A stretch of 64,000 nt of DNA from the NCBI GenBank assembly GCA_963706955.1, contig CAVPOC010000008.1:320001-384000 (forward strand), in the 5' to 3' direction. Position 1 is the first letter of the stretch. Every line of letters begins with the position of its first letter. The position numbers were made by a program, and so were the translations under genes. Origin of the DNA: an uncultured Verrucomicrobiae bacterium. Lineage in GTDB: Bacteria; Verrucomicrobiota; Verrucomicrobiia; Chthoniobacterales; Terrimicrobiaceae. The notes below the pieces were generated by a model that saw nothing but the letters and a program-made list of their open reading frames with translations, was not told the origin of the DNA and searched no databases. Below, piece after piece: positions 1 through 10,881 of this stretch.

Positions 1-1
1 A

Positions 2-232
2 GAGTCGATTCTTACCGAGGGCGTCGTCGTGGACGTCTTGCCGGGAACTATGTTCCGGCTGAAATTGTCGAACGGCCATATCGTGCTTGGACATATCTCT
101 GGGAAGATGCGCAAGAATTTTATCCGAATAGTCCCTGGAGACCGAGTCAGCGTGGAGATCTCGCCTTACGACCTCAGCAAAGCCCGGATTATCTTTCGGG
201 AACCGGAAGCCCCCTCGTCAGGCAAGTCTTGA
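2..232 (+). CDS. infA: Translation initiation factor IF-1 (5'-truncated by window edge)
   Basis: Frame open from base 2: [66 protein letters not shown], the canonical IF-1 signature. Confidence 0.95.
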   Translation, partial: ESILTEGVVVDVLPGTMFRLKLSNGHIVLGHISGKMRKNFIRIVPGDRVSVEISPYDLSKARIIFREPEAPSSGKS

Positions 233-245
233 GGATCCCAAGGAT

Positions 246-2180
246 ATGAGTCGAATTTCCGCGAACACGCTGGCCGTCCTTTTTTGCGAAGCGGCAGAAC
301 GTTTCAAGGAATTGCCGGCCTTCGCCACGAAAGACTCTTCGGGAGTCTACCAGCCGACTTCGTTCAGGCAGCTCTACGAAGACGGGCTCGCACTTGCGAC
401 CTCGCTCATCGACTTGGGGCTGAGACCGCGAGAGCAGGTAGGCCTGATTTCCGATAACCGACTCGAATGGATCTTATGCGATTACGCTGTCATCCTTTCC
501 GGTTGTGCCGACGTTCCGAGAGGAACAGACATCACGGCGGCGGAAATGACCCACATCTTGACGCATTCCGACGCGCGTTTTGTCTTTGTCGAAAACGCAG
601 GTACGCTTGAGAAACTTGATCGCGTCCGAGGTTCAATCCGCGGTGTGGAAAAAGTGATCCTCATGGACGCAAATGCCCGGGCGCCGGCCACTGTTCTCCG
701 GCTCCAGGATCTGCTTGCTACCGGAAAGAAGTTGCGCGAGGCCGGCGATCGCCGCGCGGAGGAACGAATCGAGCAGACTCGTTCCGAGGACCTGTTTACC
801 ATCATCTACACCTCAGGCACGACCGGCACCCCCAAAGGAGTTCAGCTTACGCACGCCAACATGACGTCGCAGGTGCGAAACCTGCCCTTCGAGCTGTCGC
901 CGAGCGATCGGGCCCTGACCATTCTTCCGGTCTGGCATAGCTATGAGCGCGTCTTCGAGATGGTGGCAATCTCGATGGGAGTCTGCACCTACTACACCCA
1001 CCTCCGCACCATCGGCGAAGACTTGAAAACCGTCCAGCCCACCGTGATGGCTTCAGCGCCGAGACTTTGGGAGAATCTCTACCAGAAGTTAATGGATCGT
1101 ATCGATCAAGCCCCGCCGATCCGCCAAAAGCTCTTTCATGCAGCGCGGTTTTGCACGTGCCACGTAAAACGTGCCGAACGCTTCTTCTTAGGCCAGGAAC
1201 TCGATCTGCAGGGACGTCAGCCGATCGAGAGACTCGCGCGCGGCGTCGGCCATCTGACCCGCTGGGTAACACTCCACCTTCCGTACCGCGTGCTTGACAA
1301 ACTCGTCCTGGCCAAGCTTCGCGCGGCCGTTGGCTGCAGCGCATTTCGCGGCACCATCTCCGGTGGAGGCGCCTTGCAACCTCACGTGGATGAGTTTTTC
1401 AATTTCATAGGAATCCCTGTGCTCGAGGGCTACGGACTGACCGAGTCATCACCGGTGCTGGCTGTGCGCACTTGGACGAACCTCGTCATCGGAACTGTCG
1501 GTCCCTTCTATCCGGAAACAGAAATCCGAATCGTGGATCTTGAGAGCGGGCGAGTCCTGTATCCCGACCGCTCGCGGGCTGATCGAGGTCGTGGGCGTGC
1601 AGGTGAAATTCATGCCCGCGGACCTCAGATCATGCTGGGATACTACAAGGATCCCGAGGGCACCGCCCGTGTGCTTCACGATGGCTGGCTGAGGACCGGC
1701 GACATTGGAATGGTGACCTTCAACGACTGCTTGAAGATCGTTGGACGTTGCAAGGACACCATCGTGTTGCTCAATGGCGAAAACGTCGAACCGCTTCCAA
1801 TCGAATCCAAGCTGACCCATTCCTCATTGATCGATCACTGCATGCTGGTGGGCCAGGATCAGAAACATCTCGGCGCGTTGATTGTGCCCGCCCTCGACGG
1901 CTTTCGAAGCGAAGGCTTGCTCGCCGCGAATCTTCTTGAGCTCGCCGCCAGTCCCAAAGCTCGAAGTATCATGGAAAGTGAGATCCGCAGGCTCATCAGC
2001 CTGGAAGCAGGTTTCAAGAGCCACGAACGCATCGCCGACTTTCGTTTCGTCACCAAACCGTTTGAAGCCGGTCAGGAAATGACAGCTACTTACAAGCTGA
2101 AACGTCACGTTATCGCCAAGCAGTATGCTTCTCTAATCGACGAGATGTTTCCCAAGCAGCACGCCATGCGCTCGTCTTAG
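246..2180 (+). CDS. Long-chain fatty acid-CoA ligase (AMP-dependent synthetase)
   Basis: 644 aa; IIYTSGTTGTPKGV AMP-binding motif, EGYGLTE, GWLRTGDIG, GENVEP. Confidence 0.9.
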   Translation: MSRISANTLAVLFCEAAERFKELPAFATKDSSGVYQPTSFRQLYEDGLALATSLIDLGLRPREQVGLISDNRLEWILCDYAVILSGCADVPRGTDITAAEMTHILTHSDARFVFVENAGTLEKLDRVRGSIRGVEKVILMDANARAPATVLRLQDLLATGKKLREAGDRRAEERIEQTRSEDLFTIIYTSGTTGTPKGVQLTHANMTSQVRNLPFELSPSDRALTILPVWHSYERVFEMVAISMGVCTYYTHLRTIGEDLKTVQPTVMASAPRLWENLYQKLMDRIDQAPPIRQKLFHAARFCTCHVKRAERFFLGQELDLQGRQPIERLARGVGHLTRWVTLHLPYRVLDKLVLAKLRAAVGCSAFRGTISGGGALQPHVDEFFNFIGIPVLEGYGLTESSPVLAVRTWTNLVIGTVGPFYPETEIRIVDLESGRVLYPDRSRADRGRGRAGEIHARGPQIMLGYYKDPEGTARVLHDGWLRTGDIGMVTFNDCLKIVGRCKDTIVLLNGENVEPLPIESKLTHSSLIDHCMLVGQDQKHLGALIVPALDGFRSEGLLAANLLELAASPKARSIMESEIRRLISLEAGFKSHERIADFRFVTKPFEAGQEMTATYKLKRHVIAKQYASLIDEMFPKQHAMRSS

Positions 2181-2274
2181 AACGATCCCCACGGAGCATT
2201 CCGAAAAAAAATCGAATCCTTACTCGCTCGGAGCCGACGCAATACGAAGTCGCCGAGCAAGCCCAAGCGCGACA

Positions 2275-3246
2275 TCAACGCTCGGCGGTCGAGCGGCGTA
2301 GCGTATGGATGGTCACCTCTGAAGGACAATTGAAGCGCGCTGGAACACCACTCGCACCAGTTCCGCGCGATGTGTATCCGAGCAGCGACCCATGTTGCCA
2401 GGGACCGGCCAAGAACCGTCGCGGAACCGGCGCATTTCCAATGATTGCGAAGCCGCCGGGAAGGCAAAGCTGTCCACCATGCGTATGCCCGCTGAGCATG
2501 AACGCGAAACCAAGCTTCTCCGCTTCGACATAAGTCTCCGGGCTATGGCTTAGCAATATCGCGGTCTCGTCCGGCGAGACTCGCTGGCGGGCTTTTCGCA
2601 AATCGTGCGTGTGGAAGAAGTGCGGATCATCGACGCCGCAAATCCAAAGGCGGGCGCCGTCCCGCTCAATGGGCTCGGCCTCGTTGAGGAGCACGGTCAA
2701 TCCGATAGCCTCCAGGAAGGCCACTTTCTCGATGAAGTCGTGATTGCCTAAGATGGCGAAACGCGGATCGCGAACGTGAAGCGCAAGGCGCGCCATTAGC
2801 TCCAGGGACTTGTCGTGCTTTTGGGCAATCTTGTTATGATAGTCGCCGGTCAAGAGCGCGACGTCGTAGGCGAGCCCATCAATCTTTTTGATGATGATAT
2901 CCACCAGGGCGGGGTCCAAATCGAGGTGGAGATCCGCCAATTGCATGAGTCGAAAGCCGTCAAACTGGGGAGGCAACTGCGGCAAGATCACATCGTTTTG
3001 CACCACTTGGACATCGAGGAAGTTCCGCTTGCCGACCTGGTCGAGGCCAGCGAGCTCGAGCGAATGCCAGACGAGCGCGTCCATCGGAATGATTCCCTCA
3101 AACATAAAGAAACCCTTGCCCTGGTGAACTTCGCGAGCCCAGAGGCTGGCTTGCTTGCGAATTCTTCTCTCGAGGGTCTTCCTGCCCATGCGCTCCGCCA
3201 GCTTCCGATAGTCGGTATGCCCCGCCGCCTCTGAAGGATCCATCAT
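2275..3246 (-). CDS. Metallophosphoesterase (YkuE/YaeI-like)
   Basis: ADLH, TGD, GNHD, LLSHSP, SGHTHGGQ motifs. Confidence 0.88.
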   Translation of the reverse strand: MMDPSEAAGHTDYRKLAERMGRKTLERRIRKQASLWAREVHQGKGFFMFEGIIPMDALVWHSLELAGLDQVGKRNFLDVQVVQNDVILPQLPPQFDGFRLMQLADLHLDLDPALVDIIIKKIDGLAYDVALLTGDYHNKIAQKHDKSLELMARLALHVRDPRFAILGNHDFIEKVAFLEAIGLTVLLNEAEPIERDGARLWICGVDDPHFFHTHDLRKARQRVSPDETAILLSHSPETYVEAEKLGFAFMLSGHTHGGQLCLPGGFAIIGNAPVPRRFLAGPWQHGSLLGYTSRGTGASGVPARFNCPSEVTIHTLRRSTAER

Positions 3247-3334
3247 TACTTTCTGATAGCAGGAGCGAAATTCCTGCCGCTCACAAGCCGAAAAAAGTTG
3301 TTTTTCAAGCTGGCTCTTCGAAATCTCTTTTGCA

Positions 3335-4141
3335 ATGCGGCGCTTCCTCCTGACAACGTGTCTTCTTCTCTTTGCTTACGACTCGCCAGCGGAAACTCCG
3401 ACACCAACTCCGCTGTCGACACCGACGGTATCCACAACAGCGGATCCCTCGCCAAACCCGGTTTCGATTGTGCCAACGCCCTCCCCGGCCGCGAGCCCAC
3501 CGCCACTGGAAACACCACAAGCCACACCGAGTGCTGTCGGCGAAGGGAAGATATCTTATGAGGGGACTTGGACGGTCACGGATGCACGAGGGCCGGTTTT
3601 CGATGTTATTGTTTTCAAGAACGGACAAGCGGTTACCAACTGGATAAAAGGCCCCGCCGGAGCTCGCGGGGAGCGCGGCTACTGGCGCTCCGATCAACAA
3701 CGCCTGACGATCGTCTATACGAACGGCTTTACGGATATCATCCAACCCGCCGAGGGCAAATTCTCCTACTGGCGATATGAGGCCGGCGCAGCGCTGGACG
3801 CAACGCCGATTGTCCACGCAGAGGCCAGACGTTTGGAGAATAGTCAACTTGCACTCATTGGGGTGTGGCGTCTGAATCAGGAACCAGACGGCTCGCATCT
3901 CTACATCGCTCTTCAATCAAACGGCAGCGCCTTTTCCACCATCAACGGGACCACGAGCGGAAAATGGAAGCCGAACGAAAGCGGCGCACTCTGCGAATGG
4001 CCCGACGGCTGGATCGATCAAATTGAACGTGGCACCGGTGGGTGGCAAAAACGTTCCTGGATCGGTTCAGCCACCGGCGCCCCTGCCGATCTCTCGCCGG
4101 CTACTCGCGTAGGCGAGACGCGCTTCTCGATCGAACCTTAG
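3335..4141 (+). CDS. Hypothetical secreted protein with Pro/Thr-rich linker and two similar beta-rich domains
   Basis: Signal-peptide-like N-terminus, TPTPTP linker, repeated G-x-W motifs. Confidence 0.65.
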   Translation: MRRFLLTTCLLLFAYDSPAETPTPTPLSTPTVSTTADPSPNPVSIVPTPSPAASPPPLETPQATPSAVGEGKISYEGTWTVTDARGPVFDVIVFKNGQAVTNWIKGPAGARGERGYWRSDQQRLTIVYTNGFTDIIQPAEGKFSYWRYEAGAALDATPIVHAEARRLENSQLALIGVWRLNQEPDGSHLYIALQSNGSAFSTINGTTSGKWKPNESGALCEWPDGWIDQIERGTGGWQKRSWIGSATGAPADLSPATRVGETRFSIEP

Positions 4142-4168
4142 AACAGCGGAGATCGCACCGGGTGGGGT

Positions 4169-4648
4169 CTACTTGGCGGGCGAACGTTGAAGTTCCAGCT
4201 TCGGGGCGGTCTCGTGATGCCAAGGATTCTCCGAAAAGCCGGAAGCTTCGATACGCGCTACGTGATCGCTGGCCAGCTTGATCACTTGGGAAACATCCAA
4301 CCCCATGTGGCTCGGCAAGTACGGCGAGAGATTTCGCGTCGCCAGGGCAAACAACCTCACCGCCGGGCGCATCCGCCGCCCGTCGGTCGGATGCCACGGG
4401 CGAGCAAACTGCTTCTTCAAATGGACGAAGGCCCCTGCAAACTGAATAAGTCCTTTGAAGAACGCATGGTTTTCATCCTCACGTTGCAACCAGAGGTGCT
4501 CGAGCACGTCATGGGCCTCGTAATACTCCTGAGCATTGAAGCAGATGAAGTACGCCAGATAGCATGGATCGAAAGCTTCTGCTTCGAGGCCGAAAGACTT
4601 TACATAAGCCTCGATACGCTCTGCCTTTTGCAGCGGTTGTGTTGCCAT
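4169..4648 (-). CDS. DUF309 domain protein
   Basis: FNAQEYYEAHDVLEHLW...FFKGLIQFAGAFVH. Confidence 0.85.
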   Translation of the reverse strand: MATQPLQKAERIEAYVKSFGLEAEAFDPCYLAYFICFNAQEYYEAHDVLEHLWLQREDENHAFFKGLIQFAGAFVHLKKQFARPWHPTDGRRMRPAVRLFALATRNLSPYLPSHMGLDVSQVIKLASDHVARIEASGFSENPWHHETAPKLELQRSPAK

Positions 4649-4682
4649 CCTTCGACAGGATAAAGCCGCGGCGAGGCGCCTT

Positions 4683-5690
4683 CTACTGCTTTCCTTCGAG
4701 CTTTTTTACTCGTTCGTAAAGTTTGTCGATATTGTTCAAGAGCGCCAGGTTCCTCTTGTATTCTCGCATTGGCCTGGCTGGAACACCGACCAGAATTTCG
4801 CGCGGCGGCACGCTTTTTGTGATCGCACCCATGGCAGCGGCGATTGCGCCATCACCAATCTCGATATGGCCGTTGACGCCAACCTTTCCGGCAAGGGTCA
4901 CATTATTTCCGACCCGCGTGCTCCCCGAAATTCCAACCTGCGCGCAAATGACAGTGTGCCGACCGATGGTAACGTTGTGGGCAATCTGCACCAGATTATC
5001 GATCTTCACACCCTCCTGAATCCAAGTCCGTCCGAAACGGGCGCGATCCACGGTTGAATTGGCTCCGATCTCGACATCGTCGTCGATCTGCACAGTGCCA
5101 GTTTGAGGAATTTTCTGCTGCCGGCCGTCGCGAAATTCATAGCCGAACCCGTCAGATCCAATGATCACGCCCGGATGAAGAACAACCCGATTGCCGATGA
5201 GGGAACGCTCGCGAATGGTGACGTGCGAATACAAGCGGCACTCCTCGCCAAGCACTGCGTGATGTCCGATGTAGCCATGGGCGCCAACGATAGTCCGGGC
5301 TCCAATGCGCACACCGCTTTCGATAACGGCGAACGCTTCAATGGTCACTTCCGCGCCGATCTCAACATCAGCTGCCACGATCGCGCTCGGATGAATGCCC
5401 GGCGCAGGGCAGATCGGCGCAGGGGCAAATACCTCGAGCAATTTGGCGAAGGCCTCCCCCGGATTGTCGACCCAGACGCGCGTGGCGCGAACCTCTTCCG
5501 CAAAACCATGCGGGACCAGGACAGCCGTGGCGTGCGACTTCCTGAGCGCCTTGAGGTACTTCGGACTTCCATAGAAGGAGAGGTCCCCCTCATTAGCATC
5601 ATCGAGCGAAGCGACCCCGACGATCAGTGTCTCGTAATTTTCCGGAGCCACCCAGCCGCCAACACGCTCTGCGGCCTCGCGAAGCCTCAT
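4683..5690 (-). CDS. lpxD: UDP-3-O-acyl-glucosamine N-acyltransferase
   Basis: Hexapeptide repeats, IGSDGFGY, KIDNLVQIAHNV; downstream of skp and bamA. Confidence 0.95.
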   Translation of the reverse strand: MRLREAAERVGGWVAPENYETLIVGVASLDDANEGDLSFYGSPKYLKALRKSHATAVLVPHGFAEEVRATRVWVDNPGEAFAKLLEVFAPAPICPAPGIHPSAIVAADVEIGAEVTIEAFAVIESGVRIGARTIVGAHGYIGHHAVLGEECRLYSHVTIRERSLIGNRVVLHPGVIIGSDGFGYEFRDGRQQKIPQTGTVQIDDDVEIGANSTVDRARFGRTWIQEGVKIDNLVQIAHNVTIGRHTVICAQVGISGSTRVGNNVTLAGKVGVNGHIEIGDGAIAAAMGAITKSVPPREILVGVPARPMREYKRNLALLNNIDKLYERVKKLEGKQ

Positions 5691-5694
5691 GACT

Positions 5695-6291
5695 TCAATT
5701 TGCCGCCGAGGATGGCTTAGGGGCGTTCTTATTCAAGATCGAGATGATTTCGTTGCTGAAATCGAGGTCAGCACGCGAATAAAGCACTAGCGGAACTTGC
5801 CCCATGCTGACACCGGTCTTGTCCAGCACCAAATCATATCCGGCCGTCTTAACTTTTTCGTTCACGACCTTCATGATGTCGTCGACGATATCCTTGCGCA
5901 TGCGCATGAACTGCTCCTGAAGCTGACGCTCCCGAGTCTGGCGGAACTCTGCAATTTCGCGGTCCAGATTGCGTGCCTCTTGGACCTTCTCGTCGCGTTG
6001 CTTCGACAATTTCTCCTTCCCATCCTTACTCAGCTCAGGCTTCTCGATCTCCTGATTTGTCTTATTGATCTCTTCCATGGCCTTTTTCAAGGTCTCGAGG
6101 CGTTCATCGAGTTCCTTCTTGGCTGCGGCCCGCGCATCGTTGATCTTTGCTTCAGCGTCCTTGGTTTTGAAATAGGCCGTGAACACCTGGTTCATATCAA
6201 CAGTGCCTAGCTTAAACTGGGCATTGGCGGCAGAGCTGACGGCGCAAAGCGCAGCCGTGCAGAGGAGGGTGGATACTATGGATTTACGCAT
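5695..6291 (-). CDS. skp: OmpH/Skp periplasmic chaperone
   Basis: Signal peptide from MRKSIVS, KLGTVDMNQVF, long coiled coil, GYDLVLDK; between bamA and lpxD. Confidence 0.9.
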   Translation of the reverse strand: MRKSIVSTLLCTAALCAVSSAANAQFKLGTVDMNQVFTAYFKTKDAEAKINDARAAAKKELDERLETLKKAMEEINKTNQEIEKPELSKDGKEKLSKQRDEKVQEARNLDREIAEFRQTRERQLQEQFMRMRKDIVDDIMKVVNEKVKTAGYDLVLDKTGVSMGQVPLVLYSRADLDFSNEIISILNKNAPKPSSAAN

Positions 6292-6361
6292 TGTATGGAG
6301 TAAGCGAGAACCGGCAAAGTTCAAGTAGGATTCCAATTGGACCTATTTGAACCAGGACTGT

Positions 6362-8656
6362 TCAAAATTGGTAGCCGATATTAAAATTGAATTTGCCTGG
6401 AGGGCCGTTGAAATCGTCGTAGATGATCGGGTACCCGTAATCGAAGCGAATTGGACCGATGGGCAAGTCGAGCCGCAACCCAATACCGATGTCCGCATTC
6501 AGGTTTGAAGCGCTGAAGTCGTAAGCATCGGGATTAACGAAGCCAAAGTCACCGAAAATCGCAAAGCGAACTCGGGAAATGATCGGGAAGGTAACCTCGA
6601 CCGTCGAGTAAGCCAACGAACCGCCGCCAATTGGATTGTTAAATTCATCAACCGGTCCGACTTCCCGGAAATCGAATCCGCGAAGGTTGTTGGAGCCGCC
6701 CAGGTAGAGGCGATCGAAAATCGGCACCTCATCGCTCCCGCCCCAGGTATCGACCACGGCAATCTCGCCTTTGAGAAGCAAGATTATGTCGAACGGCAAA
6801 AGGATATATTTGGCGCTCTCAAGGGAAATGCCATAGTCCTGCACATTGCCGCCGAGTCCGCCGCCCGCGATAAAGCCTGTAAATTCGATAACTTCTCCCC
6901 GGCGTGTGAGGAATAAGCTGTCGCGGGTGTCCCAAATCAAGCCGCCGGTAACCGCGCTCCTAGTATAATTACCGGCCGCGTCTTGAATAACCTGACCGGC
7001 GTCATCTTCGTCGACGTTGAAGATGCGAATACCTTCGATTCGATATTCCAAGCGCCCGGAGAGGCTTCGCCATAGGTCCTTGCGGGCGGAGAAGGCCGCT
7101 CCATAGTTGGTTTGGTCGTAAACGTCCGAAAGGTAGTTGGCTTCACGATAGTAGCCCTCCACTCCCACCGCCAGTCTGTAGCCGAGGAACCATGGCTCGG
7201 TCAGCGCAGCGATGAAATCACGGCGCTCCAACCCATACTGGCCGCGAATGCGAAAACGTTGTCCGCCGCCGATAAATCTCGGCCAGTTGAATAAATCGAA
7301 GTTGGACTGCTGGAGTTCCGCGAATCCGACGAGGCTATCGATAGTGCTGAATCCCGCGCCGAAGTTAAAGGAACCGGTCCGCTTCTCCTCCACGATCACA
7401 TTCAGATCTTTTCGCCCGGGAACAATGGTGTCGGACGGCGACGTTTCAACGCGCGAGAAGTAGTTGAGATTCTCGAGGCGTTGACGGCTGACGGTCACCA
7501 ACGTGGTATCAAACACGTCACCGGGTTTCACGGCCAACTCGCGCCGAATCACGCGATCCTTCGTCCGGGTATTGCCCTGAATGTTGACCAAGTTCACATA
7601 GGACTGCACGCCTTCGTCGATGCGATAGATCACATCCACCGCGCCTGGTCCGGCAGGAACGATCTCGGGGACGGCGAGCATATCGACATACCCGCGCGAG
7701 CCATAGAAATCGCGCAAGGTTTTCAAGTCATCCCCCATCCCCTTCGGTGTGAAGAGCGAGCCATCCACCATCTTCAGCCGGAGCTTGATTTCATCTGACG
7801 GAACGATGTTTACGCCTTCCAACTTGACGGTGTTCACGCGATACTGGATCCCCTCGACCACCGTGATATTCAGCTCCACTCCATTGCCCTCGAGCGGCAC
7901 GGTTTGGACGTCGGTCACTTCGGCATCGGCGAAGCCGCGGTTCTGATAAAGTGTTCGAATAGCCGCGCGATCTTCGTCCATTTGAGCGGGAACCAATTTT
8001 CCGCTCCTGTTGAGGAAGGAAAGAAGGTTCCAAGGACGCGTCTTCATGACCTTGATGAGGTCTCGCTTTCTGACGCTCTCATTGCCGAAGAAATTGATTC
8101 TCCTGACGACCATGCGTGGTCCCTCGGAAATCTGAAAAAAAACGCGGACCTGGTTGGTCCCGGCGATCTCTTGGATGCGATATTGGACGTCGACTTCGGA
8201 GTAGTTGCGATCCTCGTAGATTTTCAGGATCTTCTGGCGGTCCGATTCGAGCCTTTCCTCGCTGAGAACCTCGCCAACTTTCGAGCTCACCTCGCGTCGC
8301 ACGCGGCGAACCGGGATCTGCTCGGCGCCTTCAATAATTATCTCCTGGATGACGGGTCGCCCTTGCAACAGAACGGTTACCCTCACCCCATCCAAATACG
8401 GCTCGGCAAAGATGCGCACGTTCGCCACGCCACCGGTGGCATAGAGAGCGCGAATGTCGGCCTCGGCATTGCGCTCGCTATATGGCTGCCCAATTCTAGT
8501 GGCAAGGTTGTCAATCACACGCGCCTTGGAAATCGACGGCGGGCCGACATACTCGACGACGATGTCGCGGACGATTGGCGCGGGTTCTTGCGCCAAAAGT
8601 GGCAGACAGACCGCGAACACGGCCACCAGCAACGCAATATCTCGACAGAATCTCAT
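6362..8656 (-). CDS. bamA: Outer membrane protein assembly factor BamA
   Basis: POTRA repeats, GNTRTKDRVIRRE, LRGF motif, C-terminal FNFNIGYQF. Confidence 0.95.
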   Translation of the reverse strand: MRFCRDIALLVAVFAVCLPLLAQEPAPIVRDIVVEYVGPPSISKARVIDNLATRIGQPYSERNAEADIRALYATGGVANVRIFAEPYLDGVRVTVLLQGRPVIQEIIIEGAEQIPVRRVRREVSSKVGEVLSEERLESDRQKILKIYEDRNYSEVDVQYRIQEIAGTNQVRVFFQISEGPRMVVRRINFFGNESVRKRDLIKVMKTRPWNLLSFLNRSGKLVPAQMDEDRAAIRTLYQNRGFADAEVTDVQTVPLEGNGVELNITVVEGIQYRVNTVKLEGVNIVPSDEIKLRLKMVDGSLFTPKGMGDDLKTLRDFYGSRGYVDMLAVPEIVPAGPGAVDVIYRIDEGVQSYVNLVNIQGNTRTKDRVIRRELAVKPGDVFDTTLVTVSRQRLENLNYFSRVETSPSDTIVPGRKDLNVIVEEKRTGSFNFGAGFSTIDSLVGFAELQQSNFDLFNWPRFIGGGQRFRIRGQYGLERRDFIAALTEPWFLGYRLAVGVEGYYREANYLSDVYDQTNYGAAFSARKDLWRSLSGRLEYRIEGIRIFNVDEDDAGQVIQDAAGNYTRSAVTGGLIWDTRDSLFLTRRGEVIEFTGFIAGGGLGGNVQDYGISLESAKYILLPFDIILLLKGEIAVVDTWGGSDEVPIFDRLYLGGSNNLRGFDFREVGPVDEFNNPIGGGSLAYSTVEVTFPIISRVRFAIFGDFGFVNPDAYDFSASNLNADIGIGLRLDLPIGPIRFDYGYPIIYDDFNGPPGKFNFNIGYQF

Positions 8657-9108
8657 GGTAGGCAGGCAGCCGCTCCCGCGAGCACAGGGATCGGCCGAAC
8701 TCGCAGTGCATGGCGAAACGAGAGGAAAACGTCAAGTCGCGTTTTCATTAACAGCCAGGTAATCCTCTCCGGCAGGCCTACTTTTCTATCCCTCGATTTC
8801 TGCCGAACGGTCTGGTCCGACTCGGGAGGCTGTGAACATCTTCTGCGACCGATCGACGGACACTGAGATCTCCGCGAGCGCCAAGGGCACGCAGATTCGC
8901 GGCAAGCCTGAACAATCTGGGAACCCAGCACACCCACAAGACAGCGCTGAACGACGATTCTCAAAAACCAGCACCGACCAGTTTGAGGCGGGAAAAGGCA
9001 TCGACGATCAGGAACGCTGCGTCTCAACTCCACGCGGCGATTCACACTTTCAACGTTCGGGTTCGGACGACGACATTGCGCGAATGACAAAGTCTCCCGC
9101 ATGCCCCA

Positions 9109-10290
9109 TCACTTTGCGTAGAACGATCGGATTGCCTGCACGACGGCCTCAATCTCTTCCTCTCGCAATCCGGGAAAGATCGGCAAAGCGACCGCTTCCC
9201 TGGCCGCGCGCTCAGCTTCCGGAAAGTCTCCCGCCTTGTAACCCAAAAAGGCAAAGCATTGCTGCAAATGCAAAGGCACCGGATAGTAAACGGCGTGTCC
9301 GATTTCCGCTTCCGTGAGATGCGACAATAATTCATCGCGCCGCTTTACCCGGATGACGAACTGGTGCCACGTGTGATGATTGGCGAGCCCGGTCCGTTTC
9401 CACGGTTCCGAGGGCAGTTTGACGTCGTCTCGCAGATCGGCAAGAGCGGCGGCGTAAAGGGAAGCGTTGCGACGTCGCGCGGCGTTCCATTCTTGCACAA
9501 AGGGCAGCTTGGCATGAAGGACAGCGGCTTGGATCGCATCGAGACGAAAATTTCCGCCAACGATCCGATGAAGGTAGCCTTGTTCCATTCCGTGGTTGCG
9601 AACGAGTCGAAGTTTCTCTGCGAGCCGTTCGTCGTGGCAGACGGCCATGCCGGCGTCACCCGCCGCCCCCAGGTTCTTGGTCGGGAAAAAGCTGAAGAAG
9701 GCAGCTTCAGCCATCGTGCCTGCTTGTGACGGCTTGTTCCTGAAAAAGCATTCTGCGCCGATCGCCTGAGCGGCGTCCTCAATGATCCTCAGCCGATAGG
9801 CCCGGGCCGCCTCATAAAGCGGATCCATCGCGCAGCACAGGCCAAACAGGTGAACTGGCAGCACCGCCCGGACGCGGTTGCCGCGCGCAGTGACCAGTTG
9901 GCCGTCACTTCCTGATGCGAGCTGCGCGAGGTATTCGAGCACCTTCGTCGAATCGATTTCGAATGTGTCGGGATCGACGTCGACAAAGACAGGCTCCGCG
10001 CCCGCTCGATGGATCGAGCCTGCCGTCGCAAAAAAACTGTAAGGCGTGGTGATGACGGCATCGCCGGGGCCGATCTGGAGGGCCATGAGGATGGCCAGCT
10101 GGGCATCCGTTCCCGACGACATGCCAATCGCATGCGCAGAGCCGGTGAAATCGCAAAACGCCTGTTCAAACTCCTCAACCGCCTTCCCGAGGATGAACTG
10201 CTGAGCGTCAAAGACCGATCGCACTCGCGTCTCGACCGCCGCTCGCACTCGCTCGTATTCACGGACGAGATCCAGCAAGGGTACGCGCAC
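9109..10290 (-). CDS. DegT/DnrJ/EryC1/StrS PLP-dependent aminotransferase
   Basis: SSGTDA, IIEDAAQAIG, FSFFPTKNLGAAGDAG, NFRLDAIQAA. Confidence 0.92.
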   Translation of the reverse strand: MRVPLLDLVREYERVRAAVETRVRSVFDAQQFILGKAVEEFEQAFCDFTGSAHAIGMSSGTDAQLAILMALQIGPGDAVITTPYSFFATAGSIHRAGAEPVFVDVDPDTFEIDSTKVLEYLAQLASGSDGQLVTARGNRVRAVLPVHLFGLCCAMDPLYEAARAYRLRIIEDAAQAIGAECFFRNKPSQAGTMAEAAFFSFFPTKNLGAAGDAGMAVCHDERLAEKLRLVRNHGMEQGYLHRIVGGNFRLDAIQAAVLHAKLPFVQEWNAARRRNASLYAAALADLRDDVKLPSEPWKRTGLANHHTWHQFVIRVKRRDELLSHLTEAEIGHAVYYPVPLHLQQCFAFLGYKAGDFPEAERAAREAVALPIFPGLREEEIEAVVQAIRSFYAK

Positions 10291-10296
10291 GCAGGG

Positions 10297-10806
10297 CTAC
10301 TTGACTACGCCAAACTCAGCGCGGCGGTTCATCGCCCAAGCCGATTCACCGCTCCCCGGATCCGCGGGCATTTCCTCGCCAAAACTGACGGTCTGGATGC
10401 GTCCGCCGCTCACTCCTTGGGAAATCAGTGCATCGCGCACGGCCTGCGCCCGCTTTTCCCCGAGGCCGCGATTATATTCCTCCGTGCCTCGTTCATCTGT
10501 GAAGCCGGCAATGATCAAGGTATTGCTCATTGACTTCATCGCGGAGGCCACTCGCTGAATTTTCCCGCTTTCCGAGTCGGAAATTGCAGTACTGTCATAC
10601 CAGAAATAGACGGGCGAGAATTGCCCGCGCGTCACATTGCTGCCGAAAAAGTTTGCTCCTTCGATGCGATCTGGAAGCGGGGTTCCTGAGACGTAGTCGC
10701 CTTCCACGCCAGCATAGGGACCGGTACCTTTCTTTTTGCACGCGTCGAAGGTGGCAGCGAGCAAGATCGTCACGCCGAGGGTCAACAGCTTTCTCATACT
10801 TCTCAA
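10297..10806 (-). CDS. pal: Peptidoglycan-associated lipoprotein (OmpA family)
   Basis: Lipobox-like Cys, GFTDERGTEEYNRGLGEKRA, NRRAEF; directly downstream of tolB. Confidence 0.9.
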   Translation of the reverse strand: MRSMRKLLTLGVTILLAATFDACKKKGTGPYAGVEGDYVSGTPLPDRIEGANFFGSNVTRGQFSPVYFWYDSTAISDSESGKIQRVASAMKSMSNTLIIAGFTDERGTEEYNRGLGEKRAQAVRDALISQGVSGGRIQTVSFGEEMPADPGSGESAWAMNRRAEFGVVK

Positions 10807-10881
10807 TCGGAATAGGGACTTTGCTGAAACATTTCAACCCGCGAGAAGATTATTTGAGACGAGAATGCACACGATCGGCGC

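Noticed and set aside
7904..8866. Long antisense ORFs over bamA and similar shadows (15530-16513, 42286-43368, 46032-47006)
   Set aside because: Opposite-strand shadows of well-supported genes in GC-rich DNA.
8657..9108. Small ORFs between the aminotransferase and bamA
   Set aside because: Several overlapping frames with Arg/Cys/Ser-rich non-coding-like composition and no motif; treated as intergenic.
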